64,000 nt of DNA from Cyanobacteriota bacterium (GTDB lineage Bacteria; Cyanobacteriota; Cyanobacteriia; Thermostichales; Thermostichaceae), in NCBI GenBank assembly GCA_033764955.1, contig JANRIL010000017.1:25047-89046 (forward strand), in the 5' to 3' direction. Below, in pieces: positions 52,261 through 62,163 of this stretch. The notes under the pieces are model-generated. The model saw only the letters and a program-made list of their open reading frames with translations, was not told the origin of the DNA and did no database searches. Within the stretch, counting starts at the first letter, position 1; every line of letters begins with the position of its first letter. Both the position numbers and the translations under genes were made by a program.

Positions 52261-52695
52261 TTAGTTAGCACTATCTTTGCTTCGCAGGGTGAGAACTCCG
52301 GTCACAACCAAAGCAGCCCAAGCTAACATTGAAATTATTCCTCCTACTTGTGGCTCGCCAATCGTTGAGTATGAGTAGAGCAGTCACTCGGCTGACCCAG
52401 CTAATACAAGGTGCGTGACTGACTGAATCTTTGGATTAAGAGTAGATAGAGCCGAGGGGAGAAAAAACACCGCAATTATAATAACAACTCCCAATATTGG
52501 CCAGACTGTATCTGGCTTCTCGCTGATTAGCTTCTTGATCGCGTCTATGACCACCTCAGGTGGATAAATGTAATCCGCACTGGTGACTCCATCCTTAAAG
52601 TTGAGTGAGGTGCATTTCGTCAGCGGCAATACAAACCCAACGAGAAGAGCGATGATCGCAGATCGTCGAAGCAGTGTGACTGGGTGGTTCATCAT
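52261..52695 (-). pseudogene. Membrane-protein cassette gene interrupted by an in-frame TGA at 52384-52386
   Basis: The frame continues past the stop for 40 codons (LLYSYSTIGEPQVGGIISMLAWAALVVTGVLTLRSKDSAN) to TAA at 52261-52263, which overlaps an AACTAAC R''-like box. Confidence 0.65.
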
Positions 52696-52698
52696 ACT

Positions 52699-52770
52699 GA
52701 CTACCGCTAGGCTGAGCGGCGGCTCACAACTGTTGAGCGCCAATGATAAAACCTTACCATTCAGAGTCCG
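52699..52770 (-). mobile_element. Degenerate attC half-site upstream of the pseudogene
   Basis: Plus strand GACTACC-gctagg-CTGAGCGGCGGCTC...gagtccg resembles an attC arm with GTT mutated to GGT; the partner arm is truncated. Confidence 0.5.
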
Positions 52771-53033
52771 AGATAGTCCGATTCATCCAATGGATAAAAT
52801 TTCTTTCCTGGCGTATTCCAATTTGGATATATAGTCATTCCAAATAAGAATGCGACCACCTAAATCTTGATATCCAAACCTTGAGAGGTTTTGGGGTTCT
52901 CAAACTAAATGGGAACGACTATAACTCAATTTGTCTAACAGTTTCTCCCCGTCAATTCTTGGAATCTCTACCGATTACAGGATTAAATAAACGAAGGCAT
53001 CTATATAGAAAGCCTAAGTGATTTGCGAAAACC

Positions 53034-53088
53034 GATCCCCCCAATCCCTCCTTGCTAAGGGGCGTGTCCGACAGGCAAGGGGGATCCC
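53034..53088. repeat. Small dispersed repeat (cyanobacterial SDR-like)
   Basis: GATCCCCCCAATCCCTCCTTGCTAAGGGG..., related to the copy at 58363. Confidence 0.5.
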
Positions 53089-53434
53089 TGGGAGATCTTT
53101 GCTCTCGCGACTCTTATAGAATGGCTATATGTCTAAATTCATGAGATTCAACGCGAGCCAACAATTCACATATAGCGAATGGTTGATTTTCACTGAAGCA
53201 GGGTTCAGGTTATTGTCACCCTGATTGGGAGCGTTAGACTTAGGAGAACAACCCTTGTCCAAAAGGGCGGATGGTAACGGGGGAATGAAACCCACTCAGA
53301 CGATAGTGCTAGATCTCTTAGTGGCTGGGCTGGCTCAGGTGGCGACCTGGCTGATGGTGTTCAACCTGATTTTGCAACCCTATCGACAGCGCCCCCTCCC
53401 AACGGCTCCCCCCCTTGCCCATCAGGAGTCAGAT

Positions 53435-54853
53435 TCATCGCCAGTGGACGGTGAGAGCTTGTCGTTCCTCTGCTGTCAAACGTCCGGCTCCCAGTAGAGT
53501 TTCCGTAATCTCAGAAATCCTAAACACGGCGTGACCTCGGTAGCCAGCCGCTGCTAGGCGCTCAGAAACCCCCTGTTCATGGTCGATCAACACCACAATA
53601 TCGTTAACCCGCAAGCCCGCCGATTGCAGCTTGGCAGCCCCTTCCATTGCACTTTTTCCAGAAATCAAAATATCATCCACCACCACTACGGTTTCATCAG
53701 GTTCAAATGCCCCTTCGATTAAGCGGCGAGTTCCGTGGGCTTTCACTTCTTTGCGAGGAAAAATCATGGGGCGGTTCATTCGTAAGGCCAATCCGGTGGC
53801 AGTGGGCAAGGATCCATAAGGGATCCCGGCAATGCGATCAAAGGTAAGGGTTTTGAGAATCTGCTCGTAGAGGCGCAGGATTTGCTGGAACACTTGGGGA
53901 TTAGAAATAATCGTTCGCAGATCAATGTAATAGGGAAACACGGCTCCTGATGCTTGCACATACTCCCCAAACAAAATGCAGCCGATATCATACAGTTGCA
54001 AAATCAATTCCAACCGTGGATCCCGACTTAATAAACACACATCCGCAACCCACAGGGCACAAGTTTGCTGAGCAATCACCTGAAAACGAATCTGATTAAC
54101 GTGATCCCGTAACAGGCGTATTTTTTGTGACCGATCGGGATCAGCCAAATAATCTTGAGGAATGGGAATCAATAATCCTGATCCATCTTGGTTGATGCCC
54201 GCCGTCAAAATCGATGATAGGGAATAGTTGGATGTCCACAAACGCCGTAAAAGCAGAAGGCGTTCGGGAGCGAAGGAACGGATTTTTCCCAACAGATCGG
54301 GGGAAGGAGCGATCATCTCAAAGCCAAGTTGATCGGGGGTTCCCCAAGCACGAATTTCTGCCATATCGGACAAAGTTAGATCTGCTTCCTCGGAGGAGGA
54401 AATGATATCTCTATGGCGACAAAGTAAAAAAACTCCCTTGTCGGGATACAGCAAAAATGGGGCAACACCGTCTTGTCCAGAGGCAAGATTTAGGGTGATC
54501 GCATCCACCCTCCACTTTTCAAAAACGGTGCGAGCTATCGCTGATGCCGTATTCAAATCTGCATGCTTGGCATCTAGGATCACCGGAATCGAATTAGGGA
54601 TGTGAGCCAGCACTGCTTCTAATAACTGCAAACCAGGGGATCCCAAGGCCAAATAAAATCCTAATGTGGGCTTAAAGGCGCAGACTGAATCTGCCGTTTG
54701 ATCAATCACGTTGATCAGCCAGTTATAGAGACTTTGCAGCCCATCCGATGAGGTTTCATGATGGTAGGGAAACCAGTCTGGGTTGGGATCCAGCCCCACA
54801 CACAAGAGGCTTTGATGGTTAGCAATAGCAATATCAAGCTTTTCGGCAAACAT
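53435..54853 (-). CDS. Bifunctional OMP decarboxylase / orotate phosphoribosyltransferase
   Basis: LCVGLDP, FKP and ILDAKHAD in the N-terminal domain; YYIDLR, RKEVKAHGT and VVDDILISG in the C-terminal domain. Confidence 0.9.
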   Translation of the reverse strand: MFAEKLDIAIANHQSLLCVGLDPNPDWFPYHHETSSDGLQSLYNWLINVIDQTADSVCAFKPTLGFYLALGSPGLQLLEAVLAHIPNSIPVILDAKHADLNTASAIARTVFEKWRVDAITLNLASGQDGVAPFLLYPDKGVFLLCRHRDIISSSEEADLTLSDMAEIRAWGTPDQLGFEMIAPSPDLLGKIRSFAPERLLLLRRLWTSNYSLSSILTAGINQDGSGLLIPIPQDYLADPDRSQKIRLLRDHVNQIRFQVIAQQTCALWVADVCLLSRDPRLELILQLYDIGCILFGEYVQASGAVFPYYIDLRTIISNPQVFQQILRLYEQILKTLTFDRIAGIPYGSLPTATGLALRMNRPMIFPRKEVKAHGTRRLIEGAFEPDETVVVVDDILISGKSAMEGAAKLQSAGLRVNDIVVLIDHEQGVSERLAAAGYRGHAVFRISEITETLLGAGRLTAEERQALTVHWR

Positions 54854-54936
54854 TTGCCTTTTTTATACGGAATAGCCTACTATCCTAGGTCTGATTCAGA
54901 ATAAAAAGCAACTAATCAGCCCTTTATGCACAACAT

Positions 54937-56544
54937 TCATCGGGCTTGGGCTAACCACAGTTGGGATTCGGAGGCTCCTGCCTGTCGCAGGCTGCGGTTG
55001 AGTCCGGCGAGCAAGACCAACACCAGCCCCATCTGCCCCAGCATCACCCCTAGGATCGTTATCCAACCGACGGGTTCGCTGTGGGCTAATCCTGCACTCG
55101 CTCCATAAATCAGCAGCAATACCCAGGCCATCGGTTCAGGGGTGGATCCCAGCCACAACCAGAGAAGCAATGGGGGTAAAGTTAACGCGGCAGCCACAGC
55201 AGCCCCTGCCCCTAACCAAGCATGTTGGAGCTGTTGCAGAAGAATCCACTGTACCAGCAGCCCATAAATCAGGATCAAGCTGCTATTGAGGGCGAGACCC
55301 GCCACCCCCCAAAAGCGAATGTCTGGATCGGAGGTTAGCAGGATGCACGGTAACCAAATACCACTGGCTATAAGCAGATTGATCGCGACCGCCAGATATG
55401 CAGGACTTTTTTCACTCCACAACAAATCTTGTCCGATCCGGCTCCAACTTCCCACCCGTTGCCGATAGCGTGCCCAATCCAACAATGCCTGCCGCCCCGG
55501 TGAGACAGCCGCGATCAGCAATAGAGAAAGAAGCAGATTGAAGAAAGTGTAGAATCCCAAGATATTCTGCACCTGATACCGCTCATAGGCCGGGATCCCT
55601 AGCAATCTGCTCCAGCTATAACCCAACAAACCCAGTTGGCAGCAGGCCATCATCCCATAACTTTGTGGTTTGCTGATCACCGTCAAACTGGGGCTATAAA
55701 AGCGGCGGCTCAAGATCTGCCAAATCCAATAGATAGCCACCCCCGCTTGCGCCACTATTACCCCCAGACCCATCAGGGAAGTGGAGGTGATGGGCAGATC
55801 AAACCAATACACAACCGAGGGATCCCGCCACTCATACTGATAATCCCACGTTAACCAAGAACCCACTAGGATACTCAGAGGGAACGTCAAGCCTGCCCCC
55901 AGCCAAGCCTGTGCCCCTTTCGTTAGGCCATAGACCATCCCCAGGCTGGCCAGAATCCCCCAGGTTGCCAACAGTCCTATGTAGACAAACAAGGGATGCA
56001 GAATAGGCAACTGAGCTTGGAGAGCAGCATACAGGTGCAAGGGCAGCATGGTCAGCATCAACCCGTAAAGCAAAATAGGGATCCCGATCAGTTTGCCCAG
56101 CAGAATCTTTTGGCTGGTTTGGGGGCTAATGCGAAGAAAATCGAGGGTGCCCCGTTGTTTTTCTTTGGCAAGATCGGCGATCAGTAGATACACTCCGCCC
56201 ACTAGGGGCAAAACGGGCACTATACGGGTCAGCGCCATATAAATGTCTTGCCACCATCGGGGAAAGTCAATCACAATCTGTCCAAAATTATCCCGCAGGC
56301 AAGGAAACGAATAGCCGTATTCTTCCTGGGTTTGACCTGTGCAGTAGTAGTGCCAGACCATGCCAGACTGATCCGGCTTCAACTCAAGACTATCGGGTAA
56401 CTGCCCTGAGAAAAAGAGCAGGATAGCCATCTGAGCGAAGAGACTAACCCCCAATGCCAACCATAGATAATGCCCTTTCAGCCGATGTTTGAGTTCCCGT
56501 AAGAGTTGCGGGTTCCAAGTTCCAATGGCATTCCACAGATCCAT
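54937..56544 (-). CDS. ABC-2-type permease-like membrane protein
   Basis: WNPQLLRELK, EKQRGTLDFLRISP and ILLGKLIG motifs. Confidence 0.75.
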   Translation of the reverse strand: MDLWNAIGTWNPQLLRELKHRLKGHYLWLALGVSLFAQMAILLFFSGQLPDSLELKPDQSGMVWHYYCTGQTQEEYGYSFPCLRDNFGQIVIDFPRWWQDIYMALTRIVPVLPLVGGVYLLIADLAKEKQRGTLDFLRISPQTSQKILLGKLIGIPILLYGLMLTMLPLHLYAALQAQLPILHPLFVYIGLLATWGILASLGMVYGLTKGAQAWLGAGLTFPLSILVGSWLTWDYQYEWRDPSVVYWFDLPITSTSLMGLGVIVAQAGVAIYWIWQILSRRFYSPSLTVISKPQSYGMMACCQLGLLGYSWSRLLGIPAYERYQVQNILGFYTFFNLLLSLLLIAAVSPGRQALLDWARYRQRVGSWSRIGQDLLWSEKSPAYLAVAINLLIASGIWLPCILLTSDPDIRFWGVAGLALNSSLILIYGLLVQWILLQQLQHAWLGAGAAVAAALTLPPLLLWLWLGSTPEPMAWVLLLIYGASAGLAHSEPVGWITILGVMLGQMGLVLVLLAGLNRSLRQAGASESQLWLAQAR

Positions 56545-56697
56545 GACGACAGGCTCCCAGGCAGACGTTTCCAGTTAAGCCGCCTCAACTATAGTCATCC
56601 TTAGCCAAATCGTCAGTGGGGCAACGCACAGAACCGAAAATTAGCCGCCGAGGGTGAGGGGATCCCGCCTGTTCAGCTTCTCAACCGGTCAGATCAT

Positions 56698-58272
56698 TCA
56701 TATCTGACCCCAATCCTTTAAGACCACTTGGGCGGCATTGTGCCCAGGGATCCCGCTCACCCCTCCACCAGGATGCGTACCAGATCCACATAAATATAAG
56801 CCAGCCAAGGGAGTACGGTAATCGGCAAACCCCGGCATGGGGCGAAGATTGTAGCTTTGATCGGGGGTAATTTCTCCATGAAAAATGCTCCCCCCCGTCA
56901 ACCCAAAGCGGCGCTCAAGATCCAATGGCGACAACATCTGGCGGCTGATCACTGACTCTTGGATATTAGGAGCAAATTCAGCCAGTTTCTCTAATACCCG
57001 ATCGGCAAACTCCTCCCGTAATCCGTCATCCCAACTGCGCCCCGACGGATGATAGGGAGCATACTGACAAAAACAGGAGAGAATATGCTTGCCAGCCGGA
57101 ACCAGACTGGGATCCGTCGGAGACTGGGTATAGATTTCGATGAAGGGATCCTGGGAAGGCCGTCCATATTTACAGTCATCCCAAGCTTTTTCCAGATAGT
57201 GTAACGAGGGAGCCAAATCAACGGTGGCTGAGCAGATCTTTTCGGTGGGAATATCGGCGGGAGCTGCCGTATAGCAAGGCAAAGATTCTAGAGCCAGATT
57301 GAGTTTGTAAGCGGTGCCCGCACTGCGATAACAGGTTTGGATGTAGTCTCGAAAGTCGGCGGGTAGGGCGCTGCGGGGACAGAGGTGCAAAAAAGTGCGC
57401 TTGGGATCCGCATTGGACAGGACAACGCGGGCGCGGATGGTTTCGCCATTTTCCAAAAGAACACCCGTAGCAACTCCCCCTTCCACCAAAATCTCCGCCA
57501 CAGGACAGGAGGTGCGGATGGTAGCTCCCCCATCCTGAGCGGCTTGGGCGAGAGCCTGGGTAATGGATCCCATACCCCCCCGCACATAGCCCCACACTCC
57601 CCGTTGCCCCATCGCTTTGCCAACGGCGTGCAGTAACCAGACATATGGGGATCCCGGACTCATCGGACCAACCGTCGAGCCGATCACCGCCTGAGTGGCC
57701 ATGGCTGCTTTCACGGCTTCCGATTCAAAAAACTCATGCAGCAAATCGGCGGTGGAGAGCAACATAATCCGGCGAAAATCCGCCAGAGCACCCGCCCGTT
57801 CAAAACGATCGGCTAACTCTCCCCAGGAAAGGGGCGGTTGCATAAGGGTGGGATCCACAATCGCGGCCACCCGATCCCAAAAATCTTCCCAAGCATCATA
57901 GGCTTCGGCATCCCGGACAGAGAACTTGGCGATTTCTGCTTTGCTCATGGCTCGATTGCCCGCATAGAGCATCAGATAACGCCCATCGGGGAAGGGCATA
58001 AAGTAGGAGGGATCTTTGGCATAAACCTGCAAGCCATAGTCTGCCAAGCGTAGATCCTGCATGATTTCGGGACGAAACAGGCTGCAGGAATAGGAGGCCA
58101 CTGACACCCGAAAGCCGGGATGAATTTCTTCCGTGATGGCGGCTCCCCCCACGGTGTGATAGCGCTCCAGCACCAAAACATTCTTGCCCGCTTTAGCCAG
58201 ATAACAGGCGGCCACCAATCCGTTGTGTCCTGCCCCGACCACAATGGCGTCCCATGTTGTTCTGTCCTGCAC
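56698..58272 (-). CDS. Phytoene desaturase-family FAD-dependent oxidoreductase
   Basis: DAIVVGAGHNGLVAA, GGMGSIT and LYLCGSGTHPGGGVSG motifs. Confidence 0.9.
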   Translation of the reverse strand: MQDRTTWDAIVVGAGHNGLVAACYLAKAGKNVLVLERYHTVGGAAITEEIHPGFRVSVASYSCSLFRPEIMQDLRLADYGLQVYAKDPSYFMPFPDGRYLMLYAGNRAMSKAEIAKFSVRDAEAYDAWEDFWDRVAAIVDPTLMQPPLSWGELADRFERAGALADFRRIMLLSTADLLHEFFESEAVKAAMATQAVIGSTVGPMSPGSPYVWLLHAVGKAMGQRGVWGYVRGGMGSITQALAQAAQDGGATIRTSCPVAEILVEGGVATGVLLENGETIRARVVLSNADPKRTFLHLCPRSALPADFRDYIQTCYRSAGTAYKLNLALESLPCYTAAPADIPTEKICSATVDLAPSLHYLEKAWDDCKYGRPSQDPFIEIYTQSPTDPSLVPAGKHILSCFCQYAPYHPSGRSWDDGLREEFADRVLEKLAEFAPNIQESVISRQMLSPLDLERRFGLTGGSIFHGEITPDQSYNLRPMPGFADYRTPLAGLYLCGSGTHPGGGVSGIPGHNAAQVVLKDWGQI

Positions 58273-58360
58273 GCTGGTATTTCCTTTTCTTGCTTTGCCC
58301 GATGTTACAGCCTATCCCTTGATCCTTAAAACTAAAATGCAGGGTCTCGTTTAGTGGTGA

Positions 58361-58393
58361 GGGATCCCCTCAATCCTCCTTATCAAGGGGGAC
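58361..58393. repeat. Small dispersed repeat (SDR-like)
   Basis: GGGATCCCCTCAATCCTCCTTATCAAGGGGGAC, similar to the 53034 copy. Confidence 0.5.
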
Positions 58394-58700
58394 AATCAAC
58401 ACCCAATACCTCGCCAACTTTTGGCGGTGGCTCAGGATAGGATTCAAGCGAAATGGTGAGTCGATACTCATCATCCTTCACAACCAATACAGCGCTCTTA
58501 AGATTCTGCCCTTTGTTTGAGTAAACGTTGCTGATATGGCAATCTGATGTGATTCATGAGAGCAGCTTCTAGGCATAGCAGGCACTTGAGGCCGACTTTC
58601 TCTTACACATGGCGACCGATTGCTATAGTTACCGATGGGCAACTGAATCGGATAGTTTATTGGCTGTTTCAGCGGCATCAAGCTACACTCAACAGCCTTA

Positions 58701-58739
58701 CTATCCCTCCCCACCTTGCAGAAGGATGGGGAGGAATAG
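58701..58739 (-). terminator. Stem-loop after the MCP gene
   Basis: CCTCCCCA-CCTT-gcag-AAGG-a-TGGGGAGG lies immediately downstream of the MCP stop. Confidence 0.5.
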
Positions 58740-58744
58740 CGAAA

Positions 58745-61435
58745 TTAGTTGACAAAACTAGGGATCCCGCTTTCCTCAACCTGAAACTTCGCCACCGACG
58801 CTTGCAGGGCTTGTACCTCTAGCACCAACTCCTGTAAAGAGGTCACAATGCTTTGGGCTTCTTGAGAGGTGTTTTGGGAAATCTCCGCCACCTCTTCAAT
58901 GGTTTGATTAACCTGCTGTGAGGCGAGAGTTTGGGCTTGCGTATCGGCAGAAACGGAGGCGAGGTAACGGTCAATTTCTTGATTGATCCTCACCAATTCT
59001 CGCAGCGTTTTTTGGGTTTCACTGACCAATTGCGTTCCGCTCACCACCTCACTCGTCCCAATCTCCATCTCCTTCAAGACATCGGCGGTTTCTTGCTGAA
59101 TGCCCGTCACCAGGGTTTCAATTTCCTGAGAAAATTCGTTGACCTGAGAAGCCAATCGCCGCACTTCATCAGCAATAGAGCGGAACCCTTGGCCATGTTC
59201 TCCAGCGCGGGCAGCTTCTAGGGAGGCGTTGAACGCCAATAGGTTCGTTTTGTCGGCAATGCCTGCGATGATCGCCACAATCTGGGAAATTTCCTGGGAG
59301 GACTCCGCCAATCGTTTCACCTGCTTGGCGGTATCGGCAGCGGAAGTGCGAATTTTTTCCATGCTGGCTACCGTTTGATCCATCGCCTGCTCCCCCACCT
59401 CCGCCACGTGGGCAGCTCGTCGTGAAATCTCGGCAGCTTCTTGGCTGGATTGCGCCACCCGCTGAATGGACTGGGTACTTTCAGCCACAATCTTGAGGGT
59501 CTGCGTCAATTCGGAGGATTGTTTTAGGGCGTCTGGGGAAAGTTGGCGAGCGGTTTTTTCGCTGGTCTGTGCCAGATGATTGACTCGGTTTGCCACCCCT
59601 TTGACCTGGCTGACCAACTGGCGCAGACTACGGATGGTGGCGTTAAAGGCATCGGCAATCGAGCCGACTTCTCCCTCTACAACAGGCGCTTGCACGGTTA
59701 GATCTCCCTGCTGTGCCCCTTCAATTTCTAACAACAGATTGACCACACTTTGCTCAAGATTTTCCTTGAGTTGCCGTTGGCGTTCTGCCTCGGCCTGCCG
59801 TTGAGCTGCCTGTTCCGCCAATACCTGTTCAGAAGCCATGATGCTATCCACCATGCTGTTGAAGGTTTTTCCCAATTGCCCCACCTCATCCCGTGCTTGT
59901 ACAGGGGCACGCACCTGCCGTTCTCCCCGCGAGAAGGCTTGAGCCACCTGTCCCAACAGACGCAGGGGGTTGGTAATAACGCGACTCAGAAAGATAGCTA
60001 GCAACAGGTGCACCACCACCACGATAGCGGCCACGATCAGCAGACGCAGTAAGGTTTCGTTCAAGAGGGTGTTGAGGGCGGTTTCCGGTGTCCCACGGAT
60101 CAAAATGGCGGCGGGTTCTCCGGTGGCGACCGCCACCGATTCGGTTTCTTCCTCAATGATTTTGTTGGGAAGAGCCTGCGCCGCCATTGTATACCAGCGG
60201 TTGCCCACCTGAACCCGTTGCGTCACCGGTTGCAGTTTGGGATCCCTGACCGCTGGCTCCAACAGGCTAAGACTGGCTTCCTCCGGTAGGAGTACATCCG
60301 GCTGGGGCAAACCCCGCTCCCCCTGATTGGCGGTTACCACAGGGAGAAAGGAGCCATCTTGGTTGAGGTAAACCCCGCTATAGCCCCCATCCACCCGCAA
60401 ACTGGTGTCTTGGAACTGTACCCCGAAGGTGGCGAGGGTTGTCTCCACAAGGGTAAAGTCCCCATTCACCAAGTCTCCAGCAATCAAAACCCCTAAAACC
60501 CTCTGGGTCTTGCCATCCACCACCGGAGTCACCACATAACGGATAAGAGCCTCTGGTTGTCCGGCCAACTCTGGGGGCAAGGGAAAACCCTCCTGCTGAA
60601 TCTCGGTGGGGGTAATGCGGTTGCTGGCCTTGATTTGGCGAGGATAGGCCAACACTTCACTGATCAAGCTGTCGGGGTTAAATTCCTGCCCCCGCCGATT
60701 GCTGTTAACGCTGGCTAAAATCCGTCGATCCGCGCCCACTAGGGTAGCTATTTCGAGCTGACGAGCCTGTGCCTCCTGTTTCAGTAGAGCCTCTACCGGC
60801 TGGAGTAGGGGAACCAGATCCCCTTCCCCCTGACTCGCTTTTTGGGCAGCCGCCAGGATGATTGGGTTGTTGGCTTGACTACGGAAACTGGCCGCCAGTT
60901 GATCCAGTTGGCTGTTGTAGTTGGTTTGGGTAACGGCCAATTCCGATTTGGCCTGGTTAATGAGCTGGTTCCGCAAACTGAGGTTGATCAACCAGGCTCC
61001 TGCTCCCACCATCGACAGGGAGGACACCTCAAACACTAACAAAAATAGTAACTGCTTCAGGCTAATCGGCAGGTCATAAAACCAGGCTATCCAGGGGGCA
61101 TGTTGGGTGGGCGGTGGGGTAGCGCTGGTCGGGATCCCAGGGCTAGGGCTGCCGCTAGTCTGACGGCTGGCTGAATGGACAATCACCTGCGGTTGGCTGG
61201 TGGCGGGAGGGGCGGGGGTTCTGCCGAGAGCCGCCAGCGCTTTTTCGGCCATCAAGCGATAGGTGCCCTGGGGATCCGCTTCGATAATCTGTTGGTAGAG
61301 ATGGGCAGCCTCCTCAATGGATCCCGCCTGTTCAAGGCTGTTGGCGGAAAGCAACTGGCTCATCAGTTGAGCCGAGCTATCGGCGGAACTAGCCTCATGG
61401 GTGGTGGGGGGCAGGGAAGAGTTGGGAGTTGTCAT
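58745..61435 (-). CDS. Methyl-accepting chemotaxis protein (TPR-like N-terminus, Cache-like sensor, HAMP)
   Basis: TNLLAFNASLEAARAGEHGQGF signalling motif, DEVGQLGKTFN HAMP, two TM helices. Confidence 0.95.
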   Translation of the reverse strand: MTTPNSSLPPTTHEASSADSSAQLMSQLLSANSLEQAGSIEEAAHLYQQIIEADPQGTYRLMAEKALAALGRTPAPPATSQPQVIVHSASRQTSGSPSPGIPTSATPPPTQHAPWIAWFYDLPISLKQLLFLLVFEVSSLSMVGAGAWLINLSLRNQLINQAKSELAVTQTNYNSQLDQLAASFRSQANNPIILAAAQKASQGEGDLVPLLQPVEALLKQEAQARQLEIATLVGADRRILASVNSNRRGQEFNPDSLISEVLAYPRQIKASNRITPTEIQQEGFPLPPELAGQPEALIRYVVTPVVDGKTQRVLGVLIAGDLVNGDFTLVETTLATFGVQFQDTSLRVDGGYSGVYLNQDGSFLPVVTANQGERGLPQPDVLLPEEASLSLLEPAVRDPKLQPVTQRVQVGNRWYTMAAQALPNKIIEEETESVAVATGEPAAILIRGTPETALNTLLNETLLRLLIVAAIVVVVHLLLAIFLSRVITNPLRLLGQVAQAFSRGERQVRAPVQARDEVGQLGKTFNSMVDSIMASEQVLAEQAAQRQAEAERQRQLKENLEQSVVNLLLEIEGAQQGDLTVQAPVVEGEVGSIADAFNATIRSLRQLVSQVKGVANRVNHLAQTSEKTARQLSPDALKQSSELTQTLKIVAESTQSIQRVAQSSQEAAEISRRAAHVAEVGEQAMDQTVASMEKIRTSAADTAKQVKRLAESSQEISQIVAIIAGIADKTNLLAFNASLEAARAGEHGQGFRSIADEVRRLASQVNEFSQEIETLVTGIQQETADVLKEMEIGTSEVVSGTQLVSETQKTLRELVRINQEIDRYLASVSADTQAQTLASQQVNQTIEEVAEISQNTSQEAQSIVTSLQELVLEVQALQASVAKFQVEESGIPSFVN

Positions 61436-61466
61436 AGGGGGAAAAAAGAGGGGGAAAGGCTTCAGA

Positions 61467-62093
61467 TCAAGACAGAGAATGGAGGTTCGCTGGGAGGGGA
61501 TCCCTCAGTCCGAGGGTGCGAAACAGCGCGGGAGGATGCAAAACCGCCACCCGCACTTTTGGGGGCAGGGCTGAGGGAGGAGCTGTTTTTTTGGAACCTT
61601 TGGGGGAAGCAGGACTGAGGGTTTGCAGGCTGAGTCCACGAAAAATCTCTCGCCAAGCTGGCCGCAATTCCTGAGGCAGTGGATCGAAGCGTTGCTCATC
61701 GAGGCGATGGATCCCTTCCAACTCCGACACCAAGCAAGCCACCCGATACAGATGATGATGCTCCTCGCTCGCCGCCTGTCCGCGCATCTGAAGTACCACC
61801 GCCAAGAAACTACTGCCGGATGGGGTAGGCCGCTGAGCTAGCTCCAGAAATTGGCTGAGATCGAGCACCCACACCAACGCCCCCCGTTGATTGATCACCC
61901 CCAAGACATGCGCCGGGATCCCAGGAATCGGACAAATCTCCTGGGATCCAATCCGCAACACCGACTGCACATCCGTCAAGGGCAGCGCCAGTCGAACCAG
62001 CCCCGCCACCCGTACCCCAAAATACTCCTGCTCGCTGGGGTTGGCAGGCAAAACCACTCTGTCTAGCGTCTCTCCCTTCGTTGCCGTTGTCAT
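61467..62093 (-). CDS. CheW-like adaptor
   Basis: ICPIPGIPAHVLGVINQRGALVWVLDL motif; start at ATG 62093. Confidence 0.9.
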   Translation of the reverse strand: MTTATKGETLDRVVLPANPSEQEYFGVRVAGLVRLALPLTDVQSVLRIGSQEICPIPGIPAHVLGVINQRGALVWVLDLSQFLELAQRPTPSGSSFLAVVLQMRGQAASEEHHHLYRVACLVSELEGIHRLDEQRFDPLPQELRPAWREIFRGLSLQTLSPASPKGSKKTAPPSALPPKVRVAVLHPPALFRTLGLRDPLPANLHSLS

Positions 62094-62163
62094 AGCTCTA
62101 TCCCTACCATTAGCAACCTTGTTGTCCACCTGCTTGTTGCCCCCTCCCAGCCAAGGGATCCCT

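Noticed and set aside
53225..53497. 90-aa plus-strand ORF with a hydrophobic stretch
   Set aside because: It overlaps the 3' end of the pyrF-pyrE fusion and has no recognisable motif; it could be real but is unsupported.
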